Shown here: positions 9,456-19,426 of the stretch, one piece after another
How the letters are laid out: the number at the start of each line of letters is the position of its first letter
How positions within the stretch are numbered: the first letter of the stretch is position 1
IMG/VR virus record: IMGVR_UViG_3300002220_000047
Reading direction: 5' to 3' (one strand)
DNA from: an uncultured virus (IMG/VR IMGVR_UViG_3300002220_000047)
Taxonomy: Duplodnaviria; Heunggongvirae; Uroviricota; Caudoviricetes
Length of the DNA stretch: 64,000 bases
Notes under the pieces: generated by a model
Told to the model about the DNA's origin: nothing
The model's database searches: none
Seen by the model: only the letters and a program-made list of their open reading frames with translations
Program-made: the position numbers and the translations under genes

Positions 9456-10310
9456 ATGGCAGCTAAAGAAGAGAAAATCATCTCGATAAAAAAGAATTTA
9501 GATTTGCCTCTAAATGAGGTCAGAGATATTCTTCTGAATTATTTCAAGGCACATTCTTCTGGTAAATTTAACTATATTTATTGGAATATCATTGATCAGA
9601 AACATCCGAAATTGTTGTTTGTAAATCTTATCGGTAAAGATCTCATTAAAGTAAATAACGGAGATCTTAGATTCCGTATTGTAACTATTAGAAACAAAAA
9701 ACATTGGGAAGTTATTAAGTGGTTTATTACCACATTCCTGATTGATCAGAATGCAGATAAACGATCTATTAATGTTCTTAGATTGGATTACATATTTTCA
9801 TTTTTAAATAACATCAAGTTTGATTTTGATAGCATCTTATTTGGTACTAACGGATATGGTTCTGTCATGCTAAATGATGGAGAATCCGCTAAGATTCTGA
9901 GTTACATCGACCGTGATATTCAGAGTGTCTATTTGATTGAGAATTTGAATAATGGATTTTCTCAATTCGACGATGCTTCTCTTATTGTTGGAGAAAAGAT
10001 AGTAACTGATATTAAACAAGCTTATATTGATGAAAAAGAATTCAGAATGGATATTCCAAATACGTCAATATCAATTTCTCAGATAGATGGATTGGATTGT
10101 GCATCTACAACGTTCATTAGAAAATATCCTAATTCATCTTTAGAAGCACTTTTCGTTAAAGACAACATTTCGACTAAGATAATTTCAGTATTCAAATCCA
10201 ACGACGATGATGATATCTCGATCATAACTGTTCGTGTATATCTTTCATATTTCCTTGGAAAGCGATCAAATAAAAATAAGAAACAAGCAAAGGGAGTTGA
10301 AACAGAATGA
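9456..10310 (+). CDS. Hypothetical protein
   Basis: ORF abutting its neighbours in an operon. Confidence 0.75.
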   Translation: MAAKEEKIISIKKNLDLPLNEVRDILLNYFKAHSSGKFNYIYWNIIDQKHPKLLFVNLIGKDLIKVNNGDLRFRIVTIRNKKHWEVIKWFITTFLIDQNADKRSINVLRLDYIFSFLNNIKFDFDSILFGTNGYGSVMLNDGESAKILSYIDRDIQSVYLIENLNNGFSQFDDASLIVGEKIVTDIKQAYIDEKEFRMDIPNTSISISQIDGLDCASTTFIRKYPNSSLEALFVKDNISTKIISVFKSNDDDDISIITVRVYLSYFLGKRSNKNKKQAKGVETE

Positions 10311-11830
10311 GTACTAACGATTCAGATAAAACCGCCGGCGATGATATCTCTAATGCCGAACCGATAGATGAGAAAATTATTATTATTGAAGATGAACTAT
10401 TAGAAGAAGAATCAGTTTCCAATATACTTGAAGATACTAATAAGGTTAATGACGATCTAGCTGATATGTTGGAAGAAGAAGAGAAAGACAAGACTCCTCT
10501 TAGCGCTGAAGAAATGAAAACTCTCAATAAAATCATTACTGTTGGAGATAAACTCGAAGATGTTATTACTGTGTTGAATGGCGAACATGAGAAACTAGGT
10601 CAAGTTAATTTCATGAAGGAACTAAATAAGATTGATTCTTATGTAGATCTAATAAAGAGAAAGATTGGTTCTTATACCGATCAGACTGAATTCTTTAGAG
10701 ATGCTTTGAAAAAGGCTGATGTATCCAAATTTAGTGATCGTTATATCGAAGATAGTAAAGGTATTCGTCTTGTGAATTCCGTTCTTAGTATTAAAGATAG
10801 TGAAGAAAAAGATGTTAGTGGTAAAAAAGCAAAACTTATGATCATGGCTTCTAATAAGAATATCAAGAAAGTTATTCTTTATGGTAGTGGTTTTTATATT
10901 GTACTTAGATCTCCTGTTATGGGAGAATTGAATAATCTTTATAATGCACTTAACGATGCGTCGGTTGGATATGGTTCTCAGTTTGGAGCTATCTTCTATC
11001 TATTCGCAGATCTCGTAATTACAGATATCCTCTGGAGATTTGTTGAAGAACTCATTATCGATTCTAATCTCGAACGATGGGATAAAGGTCGAAGAGTTTC
11101 TCAATGTATCTCTCTTAATGATAAAAATCATGTCCTTCTTTCAATCGCATCTTTGATGTTTAAGAGCGGTTATGATTTTGTTCATGTTTGTAATAATCCT
11201 CTCTGTAAAGAAAAGACTGAAGAAAAGATCGATCTCGCTCTTATGCAGCAGACTGACTTCTCTAAGCTTACTGAGACTCATATCGAGATCCTTACTAAGA
11301 CTGGGAAAATTACTGATGCTGATCTTGAAAGATATCGGGCAGCATTTGTTAATGGTGAAGATTCAACTGTAGGTACACTTAGGTTCAAACGTAGAGTACC
11401 AACCATTCTTGACTTCATCAACCATGGTAAGAAATTCAATTCCGATCTCATCAATTATGTTTCTGATCTAGATGATGAAAATCTCACTTCAGCTTATATC
11501 CGTTGTAATTATAATAGGTTGTTTGCTCCATGGCTTAGTACTGTAGAAACAATTAAGGAAGATGGTTCTGTTGGTTTTAGAACTACTTCCGAAGAAGCAA
11601 TTCTAGTAGCTCTTAATGAGCTTCAAGATGATAATGAAGAAAGTATTAATTTGAAAAATCAACTAGAAGATTTCATGTCTGGATCTATTGTTACTCATAC
11701 TGGATATAAGGTTGGTGCTTGTACTAAGTGTGGACATGAGCCTACTAATACTAAAGACGGGTTTGTTCCGTTCGATGTCCAAGGGTGTTTTTTTACAGTA
11801 TTGGTGATGAAATTGATCCAAGCTTGCTAA
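10307..11830 (+). CDS. Conserved jumbo-phage protein with two Cys pairs; possible baseplate-hub/tail assembly chaperone
   Basis: CNNPLC and CTKC motifs, acidic N-terminus, ends shortly after an FF dipeptide encoded by a T7 run. Confidence 0.55.
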   Translation: MSTNDSDKTAGDDISNAEPIDEKIIIIEDELLEEESVSNILEDTNKVNDDLADMLEEEEKDKTPLSAEEMKTLNKIITVGDKLEDVITVLNGEHEKLGQVNFMKELNKIDSYVDLIKRKIGSYTDQTEFFRDALKKADVSKFSDRYIEDSKGIRLVNSVLSIKDSEEKDVSGKKAKLMIMASNKNIKKVILYGSGFYIVLRSPVMGELNNLYNALNDASVGYGSQFGAIFYLFADLVITDILWRFVEELIIDSNLERWDKGRRVSQCISLNDKNHVLLSIASLMFKSGYDFVHVCNNPLCKEKTEEKIDLALMQQTDFSKLTETHIEILTKTGKITDADLERYRAAFVNGEDSTVGTLRFKRRVPTILDFINHGKKFNSDLINYVSDLDDENLTSAYIRCNYNRLFAPWLSTVETIKEDGSVGFRTTSEEAILVALNELQDDNEESINLKNQLEDFMSGSIVTHTGYKVGACTKCGHEPTNTKDGFVPFDVQGCFFTVLVMKLIQAC

Positions 11831-12234
11831 GTCGTGAAGGTCTGTTGGATTATTTCGACAGACTAAGTAAGTTCATCACCACCCTCTCCGGCAAACTTTC
11901 TTCCAGAGAAAAATCTTACTATCTCAAGATGTTTAATGAGAATGTTCTATTTGGAAGAAAGTTTGAAAAAGGCTTGGATAGCCTCAAATTTGATCAAACA
12001 AGGTACGATAAAAACAACACGTTCTTGGGTATGATCTTTGAGGAAATAAAGAAAGAGGATAGTGGCTGGAAAGAAACTCTAGGTCTTAATTTTAATGACT
12101 TAATGAATTATGATTACGATCATTATTTATTTTTGAAAGAACAACTACGAGTATTAAAGATAACTAAAAAAGCTATTAAAGGTCCTTTAGACAAAGCGTT
12201 AGAAGACGAACTGAAAAAAGCAGCTATTAAATAA
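11785..12234 (+). CDS. Hypothetical ORF; possibly the -1 frameshift extension of the upstream gene
   Basis: Overlaps upstream gene in the -1 frame at T TTT TTT; only a GTG start with weak RBS. Confidence 0.6.
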   Translation: MFFYSIGDEIDPSLLSREGLLDYFDRLSKFITTLSGKLSSREKSYYLKMFNENVLFGRKFEKGLDSLKFDQTRYDKNNTFLGMIFEEIKKEDSGWKETLGLNFNDLMNYDYDHYLFLKEQLRVLKITKKAIKGPLDKALEDELKKAAIK

Positions 12235-12238
12235 ATCG

Positions 12239-12272
12239 ATGAGGGATGATTCTGTCATCCCTCATTATTTTT
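12239..12272 (+). terminator. Intrinsic terminator
   Basis: ATGAGGGATGA-ttctg-TCATCCCTCAT then TATTTTT. Confidence 0.75.
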
Positions 12273-12292
12273 CAAGAAAAGGAGAAAGTTTG

Positions 12293-14083
12293 ATGTCAGG
12301 TCCAAACCAGTATGGTGGCCAAGAAGTACAGAAACATATCATTGACGCTAATCTAGATAAGGCTAATGTTGTTGATTTTAATACATTCGCTACATTCGCT
12401 ATTAATACTTTAGATGATATCATTGAGATCATTAAACCTCTATGTGGTAAATATGCTCTTTCTGATATGGTAATTTATACTAACGTAGCTAATGAATTTA
12501 ATAGTAATGTATTCTCTAATGATGGTATTCATGTTCTTAAGAGCATCGAATTCCTTAGTCCTATTCAGTCTTATATTGTAAACATGATTGAATATATTGC
12601 TAGACGAGTAGAATCAGCAGCAGCTGATGGTACGTCTACTGCAATATACTTCGCAGCTTCTTATATGAAAAAAGTATTGGAAACGATCCTCGATAATAAG
12701 AAATATTCTACCGATTGTAATATCGATAGACTTCATCGTAATATGAAAAATAGATCAGATCTAGTAAAACACGTAGTAAAAGAATTAGTTAATATTAGAA
12801 AGTATATTGAAAATATTACTATTCATCCTAAAGATGTTGTTCCTGAAACTAAAGAGTTCCTTATTCGTCAATTAGCAATGACTACTGGTAAAGGTAACAA
12901 GATCTTGGCAGATTTTGCTGTAGCGATTTTTAAAGATACTCCTGAAGTAATTTACGAATTTTCATATTTCAAAAGATCTAGTATTGAGACTGAAGAAGAA
13001 TTAATGGTTAAGTATCCTGATTATGATTTTTGTTTGAATGTCAATACTTCAACAAAGACATATTTCAATGCAGAACTTCATACTGCAGTTAAATATGAAA
13101 ACTGCAAACTTCTTATTTTGCCTTATTTCATTACCTCTGTAGCTCCTATTATTGAATACATTAATAAGCATAAGGAAGAGCATATTGTAATTCTTTATAA
13201 GCATATGAACGATATCTCTCAGAGAGAGTTGGAAACAGCTATTGATGAAAAATATGTAACTCTTTGTAAACATACGGTAAGTGTTCCTAACTTTATCGAA
13301 AATCCTGTTGAACTACTCACTCTTCTAGCTATGTCTGATAAAGAAGATTATAGTGATCTTACTTTAGAAGTAATTGAAAAGAATATCATTCATGATGTTT
13401 CTTGTTATATTAAAAACAATGACATGTTTGTAGATAGAGCCTGTCGTTCAATTGAAGGATCTTATCTTCATCCTAATTTTATTTCTAAAGATAATGCGTT
13501 ATTCAATAAGTTTGAAAAAGAACTTAGAGAAGAAATTATAAAACTTCGTGATGGTCATAAACAAACTAATAATATTTTCTTACAAGGCGAGTTTGTTCGT
13601 ATCTACCGATCGATGGTATGTTGCCGTTTGCCTATTCTTACCATTGGTGGAAACTCGACAAGACATCTAGCTAATATCAATGTAGTCGAAGATGTAATTG
13701 GTGCAGTCAGTGTTGCGATGCGATATGGATTCGTACTCGATGGAATTATGAAATTAGAAACAGCTTTTAATGAGAAGGTTCTTTGTAATGACTCTTTCAT
13801 GAAAGATATTGTTTCTGATTTCAAAACTATTACTTATGGAAATACTAAAACTATTAAACGACATGATGCGGCTTTATTTTTGGAAGCCGAAGGTTATTAT
13901 GACCAGGATAATAAACAAGTTTTCGGTATAAATAAAAATTTATATAGAGATAACGTTCAAGTGGTTCAGTCGGCTAAGGCATTCGATGAAACATTCAGGC
14001 GTATGATTGAGGTCATCGTTGAAATAACTAAAGCAGATAGAATTGTTGTTCCTGGTGGAGTTCTTCTTGGAAAAACTAATTAA
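12293..14083 (+). CDS. Divergent GroEL-like chaperonin
   Basis: SNDG (cf. TKDG/TNDG), ADGTSTA (cf. GDGTTTA), VEDVIGAVSVAM (cf. VEDALNATRAA); ~600 aa; GGAG RBS before ATG 12293. Confidence 0.75.
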   Translation: MSGPNQYGGQEVQKHIIDANLDKANVVDFNTFATFAINTLDDIIEIIKPLCGKYALSDMVIYTNVANEFNSNVFSNDGIHVLKSIEFLSPIQSYIVNMIEYIARRVESAAADGTSTAIYFAASYMKKVLETILDNKKYSTDCNIDRLHRNMKNRSDLVKHVVKELVNIRKYIENITIHPKDVVPETKEFLIRQLAMTTGKGNKILADFAVAIFKDTPEVIYEFSYFKRSSIETEEELMVKYPDYDFCLNVNTSTKTYFNAELHTAVKYENCKLLILPYFITSVAPIIEYINKHKEEHIVILYKHMNDISQRELETAIDEKYVTLCKHTVSVPNFIENPVELLTLLAMSDKEDYSDLTLEVIEKNIIHDVSCYIKNNDMFVDRACRSIEGSYLHPNFISKDNALFNKFEKELREEIIKLRDGHKQTNNIFLQGEFVRIYRSMVCCRLPILTIGGNSTRHLANINVVEDVIGAVSVAMRYGFVLDGIMKLETAFNEKVLCNDSFMKDIVSDFKTITYGNTKTIKRHDAALFLEAEGYYDQDNKQVFGINKNLYRDNVQVVQSAKAFDETFRRMIEVIVEITKADRIVVPGGVLLGKTN

Positions 14084-14130
14084 ATACTATGACTAAACTA
14101 ATTAATCTAATCTAAAGGAGACAAAAGTAT

Positions 14131-14544
14131 ATGAGTTTGGTAGCCGATATCACTCGCAGTAGTCAAATACGATTTAGATCTAAATCACCAAATGATAATA
14201 ATCTTTATCATGGAAATGTAATCGGAGAGTGTGATTATAAACTAGCTAAGAGATATGGAGATATCTATACTTATAATACTCAGGTAATCACTCAGGATCC
14301 TACTGTTCCTGTTACTGAATTGTTAGATTTCATTATGATTGAACTATTAGTTAATGTTGACGGACTTGCTAAGTTCATGATTCCTTTTGCTAAGCAGTGG
14401 ATCAATGAAGCTACTCTAGATATCATTTCTACTCAAGCTAAAATTGATATGACTGTTTTTGATGCTGGGAATAACGACATCGAAAACATTCTAGCATTAC
14501 TTCGAGCTGCTGGCTATAAAGCATCCGTGACGAAGGTTTATTAG
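14131..14544 (+). CDS. Hypothetical, probably virion structural protein
   Basis: ORF with AAAGGAG RBS and upstream TATGAC motif. Confidence 0.7.
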   Translation: MSLVADITRSSQIRFRSKSPNDNNLYHGNVIGECDYKLAKRYGDIYTYNTQVITQDPTVPVTELLDFIMIELLVNVDGLAKFMIPFAKQWINEATLDIISTQAKIDMTVFDAGNNDIENILALLRAAGYKASVTKVY

Positions 14545-14553
14545 TAAACTGAA

Positions 14554-14586
14554 ACGACTACGCCCCTATGAAAGGGGCGTAGTCGT
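14554..14586. terminator. Terminator hairpin
   Basis: ACGACTACGCCCC-tatgaaa-GGGGCGTAGTCGT. Confidence 0.8.
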
Positions 14587-14674
14587 AGATATATTCAAGT
14601 ATATATTATTTTTTTGAAAGTAAATTAGTTTAAATTTCAATTTAATCAATAACTTTATTAATTGGAGATCCATA

Positions 14675-14901
14675 ATGTCTGATCATAAAAACAAAGCTAT
14701 AAAAGAATTATCATGGATTTTACGCCAGAAGTAATGAAAGAGATCGATGAATTGAAAGATGATCTTGGTTTAAAATCAAGAACTGAGATGATCCGATACG
14801 CCGTTGGATTATTAAAAACTGTATCCGAAATGAAACGAGATGGATATAGTATGCAATTTAAAAAAGGCGACGAAATAGTAGCGATCGTTCTTCCGATTTA
14901 A
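14675..14901 (+). CDS. Ribbon-helix-helix (CopG-like) DNA-binding protein, apparently frameshifted near 14700
   Basis: KRIIMDF-TPEVMKEIDELKDDLGLKSRTEMIRYAV fits RHH. The RBS-linked ATG at 14675 is out of frame with the 14713 ORF by one base. Confidence 0.65.
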
Positions 14902-14928
14902 TAACCAACAAATACTAGGGAGTTTATC

Positions 14929-15060
14929 ATGATTACTCTGAACATCACAAACGTAGCATTGGCCATGGCCGTACCTGTAGCAACTGTTGTAGCGGCTATT
15001 GTTTTGAATTTCAGTCAGCCTAAAACCAAGAACATCAGGAGAGCGATCAATGAGTACTAG
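14929..15060 (+). CDS. Small membrane protein (43 aa)
   Basis: GGGAG RBS; MITLNITNVALAMAVPVATVVAAIVLNFSQPKTKNIRRAINEY, one hydrophobic helix plus basic tail. Confidence 0.55.
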   Translation: MITLNITNVALAMAVPVATVVAAIVLNFSQPKTKNIRRAINEY

Positions 15061-15670
15061 ACCACCAAAAGACATCATGGACTGCGTTCTTTTCGTTATT
15101 ACCGTAACGAAAGATAACTCCAATGGAATTCTGTATATTAAACGAATACCTAATTCCAATTCATTCATCCTACTCGGTAATCGTGATGAAGCAACCTTTT
15201 TCGACAATTACGTCGCAGCTGATAGCTGGTTGGAAGATCAACTGAAAGAATATTACAATAATGGGCATTTCTGTTTTCCTCCTGACATCCTAATGAAAGG
15301 ATGTGATTTATCAGTCGGACTTCCGAAAAAGCTTTCAGGATTCTGTTCGATTTCAATTCTTCCAGTCGTTGTCCAACCAATTATCATTCGTAAATTCAAA
15401 GCTGATATTCTTCCGAAAGATAATATCACGGATTGTACATTCGTGGAGATCACCATGACTCCTGAAGGTTTCATGAAGAAGTATTCTGTCGGCTTGAGTG
15501 GAGACTGGACGACATTCACTACCGATCCATCCAGATTGTTCTGGGCGAGAAACTACGATCTACCGAAAGAGCAGGAGCTTGAAATGGCTAAGGATTTCAT
15601 CAAGGCCTGTCCGGATGATCTATCGACCAGCATGGATGTCGCCAAAGACATCGTGAAGAAAAACCGATAA
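15050..15670 (+). CDS. Hypothetical protein
   Basis: AGGAG RBS; C-terminal domain is repeated at 17189-17428. Confidence 0.75.
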   Translation: MSTRPPKDIMDCVLFVITVTKDNSNGILYIKRIPNSNSFILLGNRDEATFFDNYVAADSWLEDQLKEYYNNGHFCFPPDILMKGCDLSVGLPKKLSGFCSISILPVVVQPIIIRKFKADILPKDNITDCTFVEITMTPEGFMKKYSVGLSGDWTTFTTDPSRLFWARNYDLPKEQELEMAKDFIKACPDDLSTSMDVAKDIVKKNR

Positions 15671-15695
15671 CATTAATTCGAATATTTAGTATCGA

Positions 15696-15743
15696 AGATA
15701 GAGGCGTGCCTTAAATAGGCACGCCTCTATCTGTTTATTTTTT
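15696..15743 (+). terminator. Intrinsic terminator
   Basis: AGATAGAGGCGTGCCT-taaat-AGGCACGCCTCTATCT then T-tract. Confidence 0.85.
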
Positions 15744-15763
15744 ATGCTGATATATGACATTTC

Positions 15764-15786
15764 AAATATATATAATTAATATAGAA
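15764..15786 (+). promoter_or_regulatory. Putative early promoter
   Basis: 23-bp identical copy of 5787-5809. Confidence 0.65.
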
Positions 15787-15878
15787 GAGTTTAACTCATT
15801 TAATCTTCTTTAGATTTATATATACTAGTTTTATACTCAAAATACTAAAAACAACAATCTTTAATAAAGGTGCTAATC

Positions 15879-17219
15879 ATGAGTAAAATTTTGACCAATC
15901 TAGTAGGTAAGAAGATCGGAAGATTGATGGTGGTATTTAAAGTCAGCGAAAAAGGTAAAGATGATAAGTGGAAATGTATTTGCGACTGTGGAGAACAAGA
16001 AATAGTAGAAACCAAGGTGTTGCTGGAAGGAGTAAAAAAAGCATGTCCTAATCTTCTTATAGCTGCCGCAAATGAAAAATACATCGGAAAAAGATTTGGA
16101 CGTTTAGTAATCGAAAAGATAATTAGCTGTAGTGCGTCTGGAAGATTTACTGCAAAATGCCAATGCGATTGTGGAGGTTCTTCCGATTATCGTCTAGATT
16201 CTTTAGAATCTAAAAAATCTAGTTCATGTGGATGTATTAGATTTCTGAAGTCTAACTGGAATAGATTACATGGTCGTTGTTATGACAAAACCAATCTACA
16301 TTATCCAGAATATGGGGATAAAGGAATTGTGTTTGTTGAACGATGGCAAAATATCGAAAATTTCGTAAATGATACAATATCTGAATATAAGAGAGCATAC
16401 TCTATAGATTTTAAAGATAGCTCAAAAGATTTTGGACCAGAGAATTACAAATGGGTTCCTTCTGGAACTTCTACCAAAGTCGAAGAGAAATCAGAAGAAT
16501 CTAATATGGAAAGTCCTAAATATTCGCTTGTCTCTTCATCTGAAATTTTATCATTAGGACTTTCGAAGATTCAATTAGAGATGCTGACTATGGCCCGTTG
16601 TGTCAATGCTGGATTTATTTCAGCAGCTGATTTCAAATCGAAGGATATTCCAAACTCTACAATAACTTTTTCGCTTAAATCATTATGTGAAAAAGGATTG
16701 CTTATATCTTCTGGAAAAGGAAAAGGAATGAAATATTCCGCCGTTAAAGATCAAACAGCAGAGCAGCCTATTCCTGAGGCTAAGAAAGCTGTTATTGAAC
16801 TAGAAAATAAGAATGATATTGACTATTCTAAATATAAATCCTATATTGAAGTATTCGCTCATCGTATAAAGGACAACTTAGAAAATGAGCGGATCGCATC
16901 TGTAAGAGACTTTGTTTGTAGTACTAATAATCTGATCAAGAATCTTGATCTGGCAGGATCTGTTGAAGGTAATCCCGAAATCCCTTTGAGAAATCATGGT
17001 GGAATTTTGTTAATCGGATTGATTCATAAGAACTTGAATTACATACTAGACCAACTGCTATATTTCATAATCGAGAATGATGGAGACATTCGATTAACGA
17101 TGTCATGTCTTTCGAGATTACAGGAGATATTCTTTACCAATCCGACAGCTGAGAAACTTGATTATGTCAATCTCAGATTGAATGTTAGTTTGACAAAGAA
17201 CTCTCCGAGAAATCTCTGA
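15879..17219 (+). CDS. Multidomain protein: degenerate HNH-family endonuclease-like N-terminus fused to a winged HTH
   Basis: Two G.(K/R).GRL...C.CDCG repeats, SCGC, RCY....YPEYG.KGI....RW, SID.....F.PEN..W; later IPNSTITFSLKSLCEKGLLISSGKGKGMKYS (wHTH-like). Confidence 0.65.
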   Translation: MSKILTNLVGKKIGRLMVVFKVSEKGKDDKWKCICDCGEQEIVETKVLLEGVKKACPNLLIAAANEKYIGKRFGRLVIEKIISCSASGRFTAKCQCDCGGSSDYRLDSLESKKSSSCGCIRFLKSNWNRLHGRCYDKTNLHYPEYGDKGIVFVERWQNIENFVNDTISEYKRAYSIDFKDSSKDFGPENYKWVPSGTSTKVEEKSEESNMESPKYSLVSSSEILSLGLSKIQLEMLTMARCVNAGFISAADFKSKDIPNSTITFSLKSLCEKGLLISSGKGKGMKYSAVKDQTAEQPIPEAKKAVIELENKNDIDYSKYKSYIEVFAHRIKDNLENERIASVRDFVCSTNNLIKNLDLAGSVEGNPEIPLRNHGGILLIGLIHKNLNYILDQLLYFIIENDGDIRLTMSCLSRLQEIFFTNPTAEKLDYVNLRLNVSLTKNSPRNL

Positions 17220-17438
17220 TCGGAGTAACGCTGGAGGAAGTAACTACAAAGAAAGTCTTCTGGTTTGCTTGTTCCAAAATAGAGGAACTCGGAGACAAAG
17301 ATCTTCTTCTTCAGATGTCAAAAGATTACATCGAAGCTTCTCCTAACGACGTTGGAGCTTCTATGGACATGGCGATAAAATGTCTCGAAAATTCCAACAA
17401 GGATGGTTGGAGAGATAATATCGTTTAATTTCAACCTA

Positions 17439-17495
17439 GGACTGCAGCACGCCATCGTAGGCGTGCTGCAGTCCATTCTTATTTTTTTTCTTTTT
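17439..17495 (+). terminator. Intrinsic terminator
   Basis: GGACTGCAGCACGCC-atcgta-GGCGTGCTGCAGTCC then T-tract. Confidence 0.85.
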
Positions 17496-17569
17496 ATTTG
17501 AGATATATATTATCTGTATAGCTTTTACCTTAGGTGGTAATTATTCAATTTAACCAAGTAGAGGATTTC

Positions 17570-17881
17570 ATGAACAACAGTAAACGGATTCACGAAGTAT
17601 TCAAGTTAAGACCTAAATCTATTACTTCTGTTAAAGGGCTTAAAGGTGATTTTGTTATACTCGGATTTAATGACTTACTTACTGAAGATTGTTTATTTAC
17701 TAAAATGGAAGATTATCCTGGTCCTCAAGATACTGAGGCCTATACTAAATCTGTAATGAATAATGCTAATAGATTGATTAAAGAACAAGCTAGTTGGATT
17801 CGTACGACAAATACTGGACAGATGGTTAGTAAGCTACCTATGCATATTTACATCAAACCATTTGGGAGAAAACAAAAATGA
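17570..17881 (+). CDS. Hypothetical protein
   Basis: ORF 17534-17881; GAGGA RBS favours MNNSK start; promoter motif at 17501. Confidence 0.65.
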   Translation: MNNSKRIHEVFKLRPKSITSVKGLKGDFVILGFNDLLTEDCLFTKMEDYPGPQDTEAYTKSVMNNANRLIKEQASWIRTTNTGQMVSKLPMHIYIKPFGRKQK

Positions 17882-18177
17882 TATCAATTCCACCAGATAG
17901 TTCTTTACTCGTAGATCCTCATAAAGAGGCATATCGTGAACATAACGATTCTCCTGATCCTACTGGAAATATTGAAGACAATCCAGAACCGAGACGTAGA
18001 CGTAAATCAGTTCTTCCTCTGATGATGGCTATGGGTGCCGCATTTAGTAGTAACGGATATGATCGCAGAGCTATACCTAGATCTATTCCTGAGAAGAAAG
18101 AAACTCCTAGTAAAAAGAAGTCTCGTAGTAAGCTAAAAACCCAGAAGAAGTCAAGAAAAAAGAACAGGAATAAATAA
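17878..18177 (+). CDS. Small protein with very basic C-terminus
   Basis: ATGA overlap with upstream gene; KKKSRSKLKTQKKSRKKNRNK tail. Confidence 0.65.
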   Translation: MISIPPDSSLLVDPHKEAYREHNDSPDPTGNIEDNPEPRRRRKSVLPLMMAMGAAFSSNGYDRRAIPRSIPEKKETPSKKKSRSKLKTQKKSRKKNRNK

Positions 18178-18213
18178 TTCAACATTAAACTTTTCTCAAA
18201 AGGGAGTACAACC

Positions 18214-18681
18214 ATGATCACAATCAGTATCTTAACAATTGCAGCATTTTGTTTAAATTTCTTAATATTAGATTTTCATATCGCTGTTGTTAATTCATTA
18301 TCATTAGGAATATTTTCTCTATTTACTATTAATCAGATTCGTAACTATAAAAGAAAATCTAATATTAGAAGACTTTTCAGAATGACATTAAATCATCATG
18401 CTCGTAATGATAAAGAAGATTTAACTGAATATCTTTTACTTATGAATGATATTGATAGATATGTTAAAGATTATGATTATCTTTATCATACTAGTCTCGG
18501 ATTTAGATTAGTAGCACTTACAGAAAGATTCGTTGATCTGAATAAGCTTTATGAATTTAGACAAATGAATCAACGTCAGAAAGACGAAATAATTGCAGCT
18601 AGAAATTATATATTAGATACAATCGATAAACCAGGTTATTTCAGAGTCCATTTCATTGGCGACGCTCTGAGTGATTTTTGA
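18214..18681 (+). CDS. Hypothetical membrane protein
   Basis: GGGAG RBS; two N-terminal hydrophobic segments. Confidence 0.7.
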   Translation: MITISILTIAAFCLNFLILDFHIAVVNSLSLGIFSLFTINQIRNYKRKSNIRRLFRMTLNHHARNDKEDLTEYLLLMNDIDRYVKDYDYLYHTSLGFRLVALTERFVDLNKLYEFRQMNQRQKDEIIAARNYILDTIDKPGYFRVHFIGDALSDF

Positions 18682-18814
18682 TTATGGAGACATTAACTGT
18701 AAATGAAATATTATATATTGTATTTGTATTGATGTTAGCAGATTCTATTATAAAGATGATCAAACAATCGATCCTTTTTATCTCAACATTCTAATTGTAA
18801 GCAATCCCCAATGG

Positions 18815-19075
18815 ATGTTTAAAAATCAGCCAGATGTACTCATCGATCCTCGTCTAGATTGGGCTATTAAAAATCACGAAGAAGAAATGATCGAAAAGTT
18901 TCCAGAAGATGTGTTATCATACGACTATGAAGCTACCAATAATAAGTTAGCTAATACTAGAATGATGTGGCTTGCTGAAAATAATCCAGAAATGTTATTT
19001 ACTCATTATTCTAATGTAGCTAGACTTCTTAGACCTGTTCATTGTTCTAATTTTATGAAATTGAATACTCCTTAA
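18815..19075 (+). CDS. Hypothetical protein
   Basis: ORF in a co-oriented cluster. Confidence 0.6.
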   Translation: MFKNQPDVLIDPRLDWAIKNHEEEMIEKFPEDVLSYDYEATNNKLANTRMMWLAENNPEMLFTHYSNVARLLRPVHCSNFMKLNTP

Positions 19076-19110
19076 TCATCTAATAATTCAACATTCAAAA
19101 GGAAATATGT

Positions 19111-19410
19111 ATGGACAGAGACGTTAGAAGTATATTGGAAGATACATCATTACTAGCAATCAAGCTACTGGTCGTCACTGAAGATCCAGAGATACGTATT
19201 TCAAGGCAAGACTTTATGTTCATCTACAATTTGATTCTACGACGTATCGATACTACTATCAAACGTTGCCATGAGTCAGATCGAGAATTGGTCGTTAAAC
19301 TTAAGGCTGACATCGAAGCGAAATTTGAAGAGGCATCCGATGTCATCATTGTGTATTCTGAGGAGATACTGCGCAGTATCTCAGAACTCATCGACGCATT
19401 ATTAACATAA
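19111..19410 (+). CDS. Hypothetical protein
   Basis: ORF with AAGGA RBS. Confidence 0.65.
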   Translation: MDRDVRSILEDTSLLAIKLLVVTEDPEIRISRQDFMFIYNLILRRIDTTIKRCHESDRELVVKLKADIEAKFEEASDVIIVYSEEILRSISELIDALLT

Positions 19411-19426
19411 AAAAGGAGAAAGAAAG

